From: an uncultured bacterium
GTDB lineage: Bacteria; Cyanobacteriota; Vampirovibrionia; Gastranaerophilales; Gastranaerophilaceae
Length of the DNA: 64,000 nucleotides
Direction of reading: 5' to 3'
Assembly (NCBI GenBank): GCA_949296425.1
Contig: CASFPN010000024.1
Location: forward strand, 7,071 to 71,070
Shown piece after piece: positions 47,160 through 56,970 of the stretch (positions within the stretch are counted from its first letter, which is position 1; every line of letters begins with the position of its first letter). Below the pieces are notes generated by a model that was given only the letters and a program-made list of their open reading frames with translations, was not told the origin of the DNA and ran no database searches. The translations under genes were made by a program, and so were the position numbers.

Positions 47160-47208
47160 GTAATTTACTCTGCGATATTAATCCCTTTACTCTTTAAACG
47201 GTTAATTT

Positions 47209-47598
47209 TTAGGATTTCCTCTTAAAAATTCCTGTAAAATTTTTCCAGCATTTGGAGAAAAAGTTTCCTGTTTTTGTTGACCAGTTTTTTACTAATGGTT
47301 TTAATTTTGTTTTAAATTTATAACCTGTAAATACAAGTACACCGGCAGTAATAAGTCCAAAAAGCCACTTTTTCCACGCAGGCGTTTTAACAATATTATC
47401 ATCTTTTGACGGTTTAAATTCATCAACTTTAGGCTGTTCAAACCCGGAAACTCTTGGCGGATTATCATACAGAGGATTAACGGCTCCCGGATTACCAACA
47501 TATCTTGGCGGCTGGCTCAGAACATAAGCAGGCGCATCAAAATCGAGAACTCCGCTTTGTGCCAGTAAATCCAAATTATTTGCCCAACCTATTGACAT
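47209..47598 (-). CDS. Hypothetical protein with a C-terminal TM helix
   Basis: Likely start MSIGWANN (AAAGGTGG RBS); WLFGLITAGVLVF TM followed by a basic tail. Confidence 0.7.
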   Translation of the reverse strand: MSIGWANNLDLLAQSGVLDFDAPAYVLSQPPRYVGNPGAVNPLYDNPPRVSGFEQPKVDEFKPSKDDNIVKTPAWKKWLFGLITAGVLVFTGYKFKTKLKPLVKNWSTKTGNFFSKCWKNFTGIFKRKS

Positions 47599-47691
47599 AG
47601 CACCACCTTTTACCTTTGTACACTTATTTATATAAAAAAATTTTTTACCCAAAAATTGCTTTTTAATCTTTTATTTGTTAAATTTTGTAAT

Positions 47692-49311
47692 ATGAAAGAG
47701 ATTTTAAAAGAAAACAAATACCTTATTATTCTCTGGATATTATGTATTTTAGGGCTTTTGTTTTTTTGCGGACACTACTCAGGAATACTGATTGACTTCG
47801 GGCGGGAAGTTTATTATCCACAAAGAATATTAGACGGCAAAATTTTATATAAAGACCTGTTTAATATCTACGGTCCGCTTGCATACCAGATTAATGCAAT
47901 GTTGTATAAAGCATTGGGGACAAAGCTTTCAACTCTATATGGAGCCGGAGCAATATGTTCTTTATTAACCGTAAGCGGGATTTATTTAATCACACAAAAA
48001 TTCCTGTCAAAATTTTTGAGTTTTGCACTCGGTATTTTCACAATTGCAACAGGCGTCACAACAACAGCTATTTTTAATTTCCATTTTCCGTATTCGTGGG
48101 CTGTTTTATACGGTTTAATTGCGTTTTTGTACTCGCTTTATTTCCTTTTGAATTTTACGGAAAACAAAAAACTTTCACATCTTTACATAAGTTCATTTTT
48201 AGCGGGAATTTGTATTACATGCAAGTATGATTTTCTTTTATACGGGCTGATAGTTTTATTTTTCATAATCAAAGAAAAAAATTACAAAGCATTCTTGAGT
48301 TTTGTTTTTGCTCCGGTAATCAGTTACGGAATTTTATTTATTAAAGGGCTGAGGTTTTCGGATTTAATAAACTTTTTTGCTGTTGTAAAATCAATGGCAA
48401 AAAGTAAAACTTTAATTTATTTTTATCAAAACAGCGGAATTTATTTTCACCCGAAAGCATTGTTGACAGATTTTGTACTTTTTTTGAAATGTGCGGTTCC
48501 GTTTTCTGTAATCCTTTGCGGGGTTTATATTTTTGACAAAAACAAAATTGGTTCAACTGCACTTTCTATTATAGGCTGGCTTTCTTTTTTATGGATTTTT
48601 ACGGGAAACGTAAAAGCAGCATTCGGTTTTTTGCCATTGCTTTTATTAATTTTTGCACTATGCAGTTATAAAAAATTTAACCCTAAACTATTGGTACTTG
48701 TTGTTTCAGCTCTTGCTGCCGGAGCCAAAGTTTTTTGGGTGCTCATTATACAGAGTTACGGAACATATTATATATCAATACTTTTGACTGCATTTTTGGC
48801 GCTTTTGTTTGCGTATATTCCTAACAAACTTGAAAAACCAGCGGGAATTTATCTTATGCTGGCAGGATTATTTATCTTTATTCAAAATTATAATATGCTC
48901 ATAATTTCACAGAATAAAATATCAACAACCAAGGGAACGATTTTTACACAGCAAAATTATGCACAGAGTACAAATCAACTTATTAATTACCTTGAAAAAA
49001 CAAAAGACAGTGTCGTTATTTTCCCCGAGGGAATGACCGTGAACTTTCTTGCCGGTGTAAAATCCGATGATTATTACAACTCGCTGCTTCCTTTGTATAT
49101 TGAAACTTTCGGGGAAGAAAAAATAATTGAACACTACAGAAAAAAACCGCCTGAATACATTATTTTTAATAATCTCAATATGAAAGATTATTATTTCAAA
49201 TACATTTGTCAGGACTATGCACTTAACTTTTGCGGATTTGTAAATAAAAATTACAGTATGGAAAAAGTTATTGACAATGGTTTTAGATATTTAATCTTTA
49301 AACACAAATAA
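47692..49311 (+). CDS. Polytopic membrane glycosyltransferase (GT-C / ArnT-PMT-like)
   Basis: Many TMs; DFGRE..Y, LYKDLFNIYGPL first-loop motif; periplasmic C-terminus. Confidence 0.7.
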   Translation: MKEILKENKYLIILWILCILGLLFFCGHYSGILIDFGREVYYPQRILDGKILYKDLFNIYGPLAYQINAMLYKALGTKLSTLYGAGAICSLLTVSGIYLITQKFLSKFLSFALGIFTIATGVTTTAIFNFHFPYSWAVLYGLIAFLYSLYFLLNFTENKKLSHLYISSFLAGICITCKYDFLLYGLIVLFFIIKEKNYKAFLSFVFAPVISYGILFIKGLRFSDLINFFAVVKSMAKSKTLIYFYQNSGIYFHPKALLTDFVLFLKCAVPFSVILCGVYIFDKNKIGSTALSIIGWLSFLWIFTGNVKAAFGFLPLLLLIFALCSYKKFNPKLLVLVVSALAAGAKVFWVLIIQSYGTYYISILLTAFLALLFAYIPNKLEKPAGIYLMLAGLFIFIQNYNMLIISQNKISTTKGTIFTQQNYAQSTNQLINYLEKTKDSVVIFPEGMTVNFLAGVKSDDYYNSLLPLYIETFGEEKIIEHYRKKPPEYIIFNNLNMKDYYFKYICQDYALNFCGFVNKNYSMEKVIDNGFRYLIFKHK

Positions 49312-49364
49312 TTTTTATGATAGAATAATTTGTGAAGAATCGCAAATTCGCGACAAAACTGCGA

Positions 49365-49392
49365 TCCTTCGCTCCGCTTAAGATGACAGAAT
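49365..49392. repeat. REP-like half element
   Basis: GATCCTTCGCTCCGCTTAAGATGACA resembles the GATCC...TCAGGATGAC end of the family. Confidence 0.45.
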
Positions 49393-49405
49393 GTAAGGAT
49401 TAACA

Positions 49406-50965
49406 ATGGAAAAATACTATATTACAACAGCTATAGATTATGTTAACGGCGCTCCGCATATCGGTCACGCTTATGAAAAAATATTGACTGATATTATTGC
49501 AAGACATTATACCCAAAGATGTGATGATGTTTATTTTCTGACAGGAACTGACGAACACGGAATTAAAATTCAAAAAACCGCAGCCGCTCAAGGAATTACT
49601 CCGAAAGAACTCTGCGATATGAATTCTCAAAAATTTAAAAGTGCCTGGAAAGCTTTAGATATTGATTACACAAAATTTATCAGAACAACGGATGAAGACC
49701 ATGAAAAAATAGTTCAGAAAATATTTGATAAACTATTAAAACAGGGCGATATTTACAAACACTCTTATGAAGGTCTATACTGTCAGGGGTGCGAATGCTT
49801 CTTAAACCCGAAAGATTTAACAGAAGACGGACTCTGCCCTGATCATTTGAAAAAACCTGAAGTTGTTAAAGAAGAAAATTACTTTTTCAGACTTACAAAA
49901 TACAAAGATACTTTAATCAAATACATAAAAGAACATCCCGGATTCATTGTTCCGGAATTCAGAGCAAACGAAGTTTTAAACCAGCTTGAAGATATTCAGG
50001 ACATATCTGTTTCCCGCGCAAAATCAAATGTACAGTGGGGGATTGATGTATTAAGCGACAGCGAGCAGTCAATTTATGTTTGGATTGACGCCCTGTCAAA
50101 TTATATAACAGCACTGGGGTTTGATACGGAAACACCTTGTGAAACTTTCAAAAAATACTGGCCTGCAGATGTTCATGTTATCGGAAAAGATATTTTGAAA
50201 TTCCACAGTATTTACTGGCCTGCATTTTTGATGGCACTTAATCTGCCGCTGCCAAAACACATCTTTGCACACGGCTGGATTACTATTGACGAATCAAAAA
50301 TGTCAAAATCCTTAGGCAACGTAATTTCTCCGACCTCTGTACTTGAAAGTTTCAATCTTGAATATCCCGACGCTTTCAGATATTATATGGCTTCATCTGC
50401 CCCTTGCGGACGCGACGGAAACTATTCTGACGATGATTTTAAAGAAAAAGTTAATGCCCATCTGGCAAACAGCATGGGAAATCTCTTAAACAGAACATTA
50501 TCAATGCTTGTAAAATACTTTGACGGAGAAGTTAAACCTGAATTTAAGGGAGAAAATCCTTTAGCTAAAAAAGCTCTCGGCTCTGTACAAATAGTCAAAA
50601 ACCACTTTGACAATTTTGAAATTGCAGAGGCTTCTCTGGAAATTATATCGCTTGTCGACGCCGCAAACAAATATGTTCAGGACAATGCACCGTGGACATT
50701 AGCTAAAGAAGGCAAAATGACAGAATGCGGACAGGTATTAACAAACGTTCTTGATATTATGTGCATAATCTGTGCGCTTATTTACCCTTACTGTCCGAAT
50801 ATTGCGGCTGATATGACGCGTCAGCTTTCGTTTAATTTAAAAACAAAGCTCGATGATTTAACAGCTGACAATATAAAATGCGGCAAATTAATTTCAAAAG
50901 AAGATATCAAACCGGTATTTTTAAGAGTTGATTCGGAACTGGCTGACAAATCCGTAAAAAAATAA
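49406..50965 (+). CDS. metG: Methionyl-tRNA synthetase (short form)
   Basis: HIGH, LTGTDEHG, YVWIDAL, GKDI, KMSKS; no C-terminal OB domain. Confidence 0.98.
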   Translation: MEKYYITTAIDYVNGAPHIGHAYEKILTDIIARHYTQRCDDVYFLTGTDEHGIKIQKTAAAQGITPKELCDMNSQKFKSAWKALDIDYTKFIRTTDEDHEKIVQKIFDKLLKQGDIYKHSYEGLYCQGCECFLNPKDLTEDGLCPDHLKKPEVVKEENYFFRLTKYKDTLIKYIKEHPGFIVPEFRANEVLNQLEDIQDISVSRAKSNVQWGIDVLSDSEQSIYVWIDALSNYITALGFDTETPCETFKKYWPADVHVIGKDILKFHSIYWPAFLMALNLPLPKHIFAHGWITIDESKMSKSLGNVISPTSVLESFNLEYPDAFRYYMASSAPCGRDGNYSDDDFKEKVNAHLANSMGNLLNRTLSMLVKYFDGEVKPEFKGENPLAKKALGSVQIVKNHFDNFEIAEASLEIISLVDAANKYVQDNAPWTLAKEGKMTECGQVLTNVLDIMCIICALIYPYCPNIAADMTRQLSFNLKTKLDDLTADNIKCGKLISKEDIKPVFLRVDSELADKSVKK

Positions 50966-51085
50966 TAAAAAAAACTCAATTGCGTCATGCTGAATTTATT
51001 TCAGCACCTCTCAACAGAATCCTGAAACTCAGAGGTCAATCGACAGGATGCCTGTATATACGAAAATTGAGTTTTTTTATTATTA
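50963..51085. terminator. Bidirectional terminator stem with a REP-like element in its loop
   Basis: TAATAAAAAAAACTCAATT ... AATTGAGTTTTTTTATTA arms around GTCATGCTGAATTTATTTCAGCACCT. Confidence 0.7.
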
Positions 51086-51086
51086 T

Positions 51087-51473
51087 TTACTCTTCTTCTT
51101 GAGGTTTAATCATACTGCCAACAGCCGCATACATTGCCGCTGAAATTTCCGCAGTTGTAGTAAACGGCCCGTAATCTTTAATAAATTTTGCAACATCAAA
51201 TGTGTTTAAATAATTCTGCAGTGCTGCAGATGAAGCATCTGTCAATCCGCCTACAAATAGAAGATTTTTCAAATAATTTTGAGCTTTCTCTTCAACATCG
51301 GCCTCATCATAAGATGAAGAAGAAAATTCCGTTTTATCATTTTCTTCTTTTTCTTTAACTGAAACGCCGTATTCTTTTGTTTGTTCTTCCTGAGCTTCTT
51401 GCAGTTCTTCATCATCTTCCGCCGCTGCTGCAGCTGATGTGTAAGCTTTTGAATTTACTCCTGTAATTTCCAT
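51087..51473 (-). CDS. Acidic hypothetical protein, paralog of the 51692 gene
   Basis: Shared Q.Y...L...L..YL..FDV.KF.K.......MY.....K motif. Confidence 0.78.
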   Translation of the reverse strand: MEITGVNSKAYTSAAAAAEDDEELQEAQEEQTKEYGVSVKEKEENDKTEFSSSSYDEADVEEKAQNYLKNLLFVGGLTDASSAALQNYLNTFDVAKFIKDYGPFTTTAEISAAMYAAVGSMIKPQEEE

Positions 51474-51509
51474 ATACCTATCCTTTCTGTAAATTATTTT
51501 ACATGTCGT

Positions 51510-51537
51510 ATAACGGACACTTATTAAAAAATCTTTA
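51510..51537 (-). promoter_or_regulatory. sigma28-like promoter
   Basis: TAAAGATT-N12-TCCGTTAT. Confidence 0.5.
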
Positions 51538-51636
51538 GAATTTGTAAAGAGATGTTAATTACTGATATCCGTCCTTCTCTAAGTAAGAATGATAACAATA
51601 AATAGCTTTTAATCTCATTCATTTGGATGATTTAAC

Positions 51637-51663
51637 TAAAGATTTTTTATTTTTATCCGTATA
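51637..51663 (+). promoter_or_regulatory. sigma28-like promoter
   Basis: TAAAGATT-N11-TCCGTATA. Confidence 0.5.
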
Positions 51664-51691
51664 AAATCATGCACAAACTTTGAGGCATCCT

Positions 51692-52060
51692 ATGTTTAAC
51701 AGTGTTAACAACCCTTTCGGAAACAGAACCGTATCTTCTTCAACATCATCAGACAGCCACGGAAGACGGCAAAAAGAAGATCCGAAAGAAGAATTAAAAA
51801 AATATATTGATGAAGATGAACCGGATGAAGTTCTAATCGGCGGACAGCCCATTTTGACAGAAGACGAAGTTTTAGCCATGACACAGCAGTATATTGCTAA
51901 ACTAAAAAACGAGCACGAGAACAATGAAAAAGTTCTAAAAAAACTCGACAAATATCTTGAAAATTTTGACGTCAAAAAATTTATGAAAAAAAATCCGAAT
52001 ATGACAAGTCCTGACTTTTATATGGTTATGTATAACGAAACCGAAAGTCTGGTAAAATAA
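51692..52060 (+). CDS. Hypothetical protein, paralog of the 51087 gene
   Basis: GAGG RBS before ATG 51692; see paralog. Confidence 0.78.
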   Translation: MFNSVNNPFGNRTVSSSTSSDSHGRRQKEDPKEELKKYIDEDEPDEVLIGGQPILTEDEVLAMTQQYIAKLKNEHENNEKVLKKLDKYLENFDVKKFMKKNPNMTSPDFYMVMYNETESLVK

Positions 52061-52108
52061 TAAAAATATCTCCAGTTCAATTAATATCTTTTGTGCTATC
52101 ATGAAATT

Positions 52109-54448
52109 ATGGCAATAAAAGAGTGGATATTTAATAAAACTGACGGACACGAAAAGAGTTTAATTACCAGACTTTTACATTCCAGAGGAATCACATCTGA
52201 TGAAGATATAAAAGAGTTTCTCAATCCTCTCGAGATGAAACTTACCCATCCGAAAGCATTTTCGGATATGGAAAAATGTGTAGAAAGACTTTCCGCCGCA
52301 ATAGACAACAAAGAAAAAATAGTTATCCACGGGGATTTTGACGCCGACGGGGTAACATCAACATCGCTTTTATACAGAACTTTCAAATACTTAGGGGCTG
52401 ATGTAAATTACTTTATCCCTGACAGAGAAAAAGAAGGACACGGGTTTGACACAAAAGCGCTTGTTCAGATTATGACAAAAGTTAAACCTAAAATTATAAT
52501 TTCCTGTGACTGCGGTATATCAGATGTTGATGCTGTTAACTTTTTAAACAGCTTTAAAATAGACGTAATAATAACAGACCACCACGAAGCTCCCGAGGTT
52601 TTGCCGAAAGCTTACGGAATAATTAATCCCAAAGCTCCAAACGCGCTGGATGAAAATTTATCTGCAAAACAAATAAATTCCCTTGCTGCGCTTGCCGGTG
52701 TTGGAGTTGCATTTAAGGTGGCTCAAGCTTTACTTGAAAAGTATAACAAACTTGAATTCATATCAGATATTCTCCCCTACGTTGCCGTCGGAACTGTTGC
52801 CGATGTAGTTCCGCTAATCGGTGAAAATAGGTATTTTGTAACCAGAGGACTAGACTTAATTTCAAACGGAAAACATTGGGGACTTTCAAGATTACTCGAA
52901 AGTGCGGGTTACAAGGGACAAATAACATCCGAACAAATAGCTTTCGGCATTGCTCCCAGAATTAACGCCTCAGGACGTCTTGATACGGTTGATGCTGCAA
53001 TAAAAGTTCTTATATCGGATAACAAGCAGGAAATAGAAATGGCAATTCAGACGCTGAATGAATTTAACAAAATACGTCAAGAGCTTTGCCAGAATATTTT
53101 TGCCCAAGCAGAAGAAATGGTAAAACAGGAAGGAAACAGAAATCCTGCGATTGTCCTTTTTAATAAAGAGTGGCATATAGGTATAATCGGAATTGTAGCT
53201 TCAATGCTTGTTGAAAAGTATTATAAACCCGCATTTTTAATGACATATTCACAAGAAACAAAACAGTACAGATGTTCGGCAAGAAGTATTGAGGGTATAA
53301 ATCTTTATGATGTAATATTTGCCAATGCGGAACTTTTTGACGGGTTTGGCGGACACACCATGGCTGCAGGTCTTGCATTCAGTGAAGAAAAATCTTCATT
53401 TGAAACAGTTAAATCAGCCCTTTGCAAAACAGTTAAAGAAATGTCACAAGGCAAGGATTTGAAACCGTTTATAAATATTGATTTAGAACTTATGCCCGAC
53501 GATATTACACTTGATCTGGTTGATCAAATATCACAACTGGAACCTTTCGGAGCAAATAACCCGAGTCCTGTTTTTGCTCTGAAAAATCTGCAGATAAAAG
53601 AAAAACGCTTGATGGGCGAAAATAAAAATCACCTTCGACTAACCTGTCAGGCTGGAATATCCGAATTTAACTGCATCAGATGGAAAGACGGTGATATATC
53701 GCTTGTAAAAGGCGACCCGCTTGATATTACATTCCACCCGCAAAAAAATGAATATAACGGTGTTACAAGTATTCAATTAATAATTGATGACATTCATTCC
53801 CAATATTTAACAGAAGAAGAAAATCTGCCCAAACAAAAACTTTACGACCACCGTAAAAAAACCGGTATTCTTCCGCAGGTAAATGATTATGTAAAAAATT
53901 CAAAACAAAATATTCTTATTTTTGCGGAAAGCAAGTCGATTCTCGATAAATTAAAACCGTTTGGAGAACTTTTTGCACGTACAATAACACGTGATAATTT
54001 GCGCCCTTGCGATTCTCTAATGTTTTTTGATTATCCTGCCGACAGAGAAACTTTTGATTCAATATTAAACCATACCAGCCCGCTTTCTTTGCATTTTATG
54101 AATTATGACATTAAATATATGGAGGAAGAAGAATTTCTGAAAACAGTATGGGGAATGCTTAAATTTGCCTGTCATAATAACGGCGGAAAGGTAGAACTTC
54201 GCCGGTGCGCAAGTTTCTTAGGAAAATCTTATAGAGTTTTTGAACTGTTATTTTCAATAATGGAAGATACAAATCTTATAAAAATTAAAGAAAAAACAAA
54301 AGACTATTATATTGTTGATTTTACCGGTGAAGGGGATATAACATGCGTACTGCACTCACCTAAATACAGTATTTTAACGGATTTGACAGAAGAATGCGAA
54401 GACTTCCAAAAAACATTAATGGAAGACGATCTTTATACACTGGTTTAA
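52109..54448 (+). CDS. recJ: ssDNA exonuclease RecJ with C-terminal extension
   Basis: GDFDADG, DCG, TDHH (DHH), GTVADVVPL, PRINASGR, GGH.MAAG. Confidence 0.95.
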   Translation: MAIKEWIFNKTDGHEKSLITRLLHSRGITSDEDIKEFLNPLEMKLTHPKAFSDMEKCVERLSAAIDNKEKIVIHGDFDADGVTSTSLLYRTFKYLGADVNYFIPDREKEGHGFDTKALVQIMTKVKPKIIISCDCGISDVDAVNFLNSFKIDVIITDHHEAPEVLPKAYGIINPKAPNALDENLSAKQINSLAALAGVGVAFKVAQALLEKYNKLEFISDILPYVAVGTVADVVPLIGENRYFVTRGLDLISNGKHWGLSRLLESAGYKGQITSEQIAFGIAPRINASGRLDTVDAAIKVLISDNKQEIEMAIQTLNEFNKIRQELCQNIFAQAEEMVKQEGNRNPAIVLFNKEWHIGIIGIVASMLVEKYYKPAFLMTYSQETKQYRCSARSIEGINLYDVIFANAELFDGFGGHTMAAGLAFSEEKSSFETVKSALCKTVKEMSQGKDLKPFINIDLELMPDDITLDLVDQISQLEPFGANNPSPVFALKNLQIKEKRLMGENKNHLRLTCQAGISEFNCIRWKDGDISLVKGDPLDITFHPQKNEYNGVTSIQLIIDDIHSQYLTEEENLPKQKLYDHRKKTGILPQVNDYVKNSKQNILIFAESKSILDKLKPFGELFARTITRDNLRPCDSLMFFDYPADRETFDSILNHTSPLSLHFMNYDIKYMEEEEFLKTVWGMLKFACHNNGGKVELRRCASFLGKSYRVFELLFSIMEDTNLIKIKEKTKDYYIVDFTGEGDITCVLHSPKYSILTDLTEECEDFQKTLMEDDLYTLV

Positions 54449-54469
54449 CAATATATTCGGAGTAAAAAA

Positions 54470-55303
54470 ATGAAAGAGTTTGACAGATTAAATTTTATAA
54501 CGGCCGGAATGCCTTTGAGAACAGGAAAAGGGAGCTACACTGAGGCTTTTAATATTTTAAAAGATATGAACTTAGACGGCATGGAGCTTGAATTTGTTCA
54601 TGGGGTTAGAATGAACAATGACGCAAGGGTCTTTGTAAAAGAGCAGTCAAAAGATTTTGTCATAACAGCTCATGGCCCTTTTTACATTAACCTAAACTCA
54701 AAAGAAGAAGAAAAAATTGAAGCCAGTGTACAGAGAATTATTGATACAGCTTCTGTAGCACAACAAGCCGGAGCTTTCAGTATAACATATCATGCTGCTT
54801 TTTATATGGGCGGCGACAAACAGACGGTTTATAATCAGGTTAAAACTCAGACAAAAAGAATTGTTGATGTTCTGGAACATGAAAAAATCAATGTCTGGGT
54901 TCGTCCGGAAACAACAGGGAAAGCAACACAATGGGGTGATTTGGATGAAATAATCAATCTTTCAAAAGAATTTGAAAAAGTTTTGCCGTGTGTTGATTTT
55001 TCACACCTTCATGCAAGAACAGCTGGTGAATATAACACATACGACGAATTTTCACGTGTCCTTGAAAAAATGGGAAACGAAATCGGTCAGTATGCACTGG
55101 AAAACTTTCACGGACATCTTGCAGGTATTGAATATACGGCAAAAGGGGAACGCCAGCACCTTAATCTTAAAGAATCCGATATGAATTACAAAGATTTGCT
55201 AAAAGCACTGAAAGAATTCAACGTAAAAGGAGCAATTGTCTGCGAAAGCCCGAATATTGAAGATGATTGCAAACTATTGAAAGAATTTTATAACTCGCTG
55301 TAA
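54470..55303 (+). CDS. Endonuclease IV-like TIM-barrel protein
   Basis: TAHGPFYINLNS, RPETTGK, CVDFSHLHAR, FHGH, CESP. Confidence 0.8.
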   Translation: MKEFDRLNFITAGMPLRTGKGSYTEAFNILKDMNLDGMELEFVHGVRMNNDARVFVKEQSKDFVITAHGPFYINLNSKEEEKIEASVQRIIDTASVAQQAGAFSITYHAAFYMGGDKQTVYNQVKTQTKRIVDVLEHEKINVWVRPETTGKATQWGDLDEIINLSKEFEKVLPCVDFSHLHARTAGEYNTYDEFSRVLEKMGNEIGQYALENFHGHLAGIEYTAKGERQHLNLKESDMNYKDLLKALKEFNVKGAIVCESPNIEDDCKLLKEFYNSL

Positions 55304-55385
55304 AATTACATAAGAAGTTTGTAAGTATCAATTTCCAATACATCAGCAATAAAAAGATATAAATGGAAAAACTTTATAGACAGGC

Positions 55386-55415
55386 AAAGACGGATACTTA
55401 TAAGTATCCGTCTTT
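55386..55415. terminator. Perfect 30-bp palindrome between convergent genes
   Basis: AAAGACGGATACTTATAAGTATCCGTCTTT. Confidence 0.75.
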
Positions 55416-55450
55416 AGATATTTTTCTTTTGCCTTTCGTAAAGAAATACC

Positions 55451-56572
55451 TTATCTTATCTGTACTGGCATAATCAGGCAAACATAGTCTTCTTCATTAT
55501 TAGGTTTGAACATTGTTGCAGATAGCGGCGTATTTAAGCCGACTTTTACTTCATCCGAATCAATGTTTTTCAAAGCTTCAAGGACAAATTTGTAATTGAA
55601 CGCAATAGTTAATTCTTCACCTGTATAATCTATATCAATACTTTCTTCGGATTTACCGGAATCAGGTGTGTCTGCTGTCAATTTCAAATTATTATGGCTG
55701 AATTCAAGTTTTACAATACTTGTTTTTTCATTAACCATAATTGAAACACGCTCCAGCGCCGAAATCATCTGCTGAACATTTACAAGAGCTTCTTTTGGGC
55801 TTTCTTTCGGAATAAGCTGATTGTATTTAGGGAACTGGCCTTCCAGAAGTCTTGAAATAGTTGTTGTTCTTTCTGATTTGATTATTATTTTAGATTTTTC
55901 CGTATAAATTTTTACAGAATCTTCATCTATAAATCCGCTCATTTTAATAAATTCGTTCAATGTTTTTGATGGGATAATCAATTGTTTAGAGTGATTATCT
56001 TTGTTGTCAATTGTTTCGCGGACTCTTGCAAGACGGTTTCCGTCAGTTGAGGCAATTTCAAGAACATTACCCGATATATCACAGACAATACCAGATAAAA
56101 GATTACTGGATTCATAACTTGCAGCAGCAAAACCTGCCTGTTTAACGGCTTTTACAAACGGTCTTATTTCTATTTCAAAGCCTTCAGCTTCATTGACCTG
56201 AATATTTGTAAATTCAGGAGGAAATTCGGAAGCTGAAATACCTATGATGTCAAATTTTGAATTCTGGCAGGTTATATTTACAGACGTATGTCCTTCAGCC
56301 ATTTCAAATGTAATAAGCTTATCTCCGAGCTTAGAAACAATTTCATTAAGAGTTTTTGAAGGCAGTGTAATTTTTCCGTCTTCTTCAACCTGTGCATCTA
56401 CAAGGGCGGTTACAGTAAAATCAAGATCTGTTGCAACAAGTTTAATTGTACTTTTATCAATGGTTTCGATTAATATATTCAAAAGTACCGGCTGGAGAGC
56501 TTTTACAGAAGTAGCTCTTTCTACGATTTTTATCCCGTTATATAAATCTTCTTTTTTTACAACAAATTTCAT
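55451..56572 (-). CDS. dnaN: DNA polymerase III beta clamp
   Basis: ATDL, ASTDGNRLA, SRLLEGQFPKY, IAFN.KFVLEAL, LIMPVQIR; RBS before ATG 56572. Confidence 0.97.
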   Translation of the reverse strand: MKFVVKKEDLYNGIKIVERATSVKALQPVLLNILIETIDKSTIKLVATDLDFTVTALVDAQVEEDGKITLPSKTLNEIVSKLGDKLITFEMAEGHTSVNITCQNSKFDIIGISASEFPPEFTNIQVNEAEGFEIEIRPFVKAVKQAGFAAASYESSNLLSGIVCDISGNVLEIASTDGNRLARVRETIDNKDNHSKQLIIPSKTLNEFIKMSGFIDEDSVKIYTEKSKIIIKSERTTTISRLLEGQFPKYNQLIPKESPKEALVNVQQMISALERVSIMVNEKTSIVKLEFSHNNLKLTADTPDSGKSEESIDIDYTGEELTIAFNYKFVLEALKNIDSDEVKVGLNTPLSATMFKPNNEEDYVCLIMPVQIR

Positions 56573-56729
56573 ATCCTTACTCCTTAAATTATCCTCTTGA
56601 TTAGCCATATTATACATTAATAAAAAATCAATTAAAAGAAAAATTAAACAAAAGTTAAGCGTATTTTAACAGTAGTTAGATTAGTAAATGCCACTATATA
56701 ACTTGCAACCGTTTTTTTGAACAAAAATT

Positions 56730-56970
56730 TTCTATTATATATTATATTAATAATTATATATATAAATATAATAGTAATAATAAGCTCGAATTATTTGTAG
56801 AAAACAGGTTGAAACTATGATTATTATTAGGTTTTTATTGTAGATAATTTTGTAGAAAAGATGTATAAAATTTTTTATTTTTGTAGAAAACTATAATATT
56901 TCACAAATTCCGGTAGAAAACTCATGAGTTTTCTACTATTTTCTACAATATTTTCTACTGATTTCTACAA
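56730..56970. other. Probable replication origin (oriC)
   Basis: Cluster of TT(T/A)TCTACA-like boxes, five TAR trios at 56769-56783, AT-rich tract, location upstream of dnaN, apparent GC-skew switch. Confidence 0.65.
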
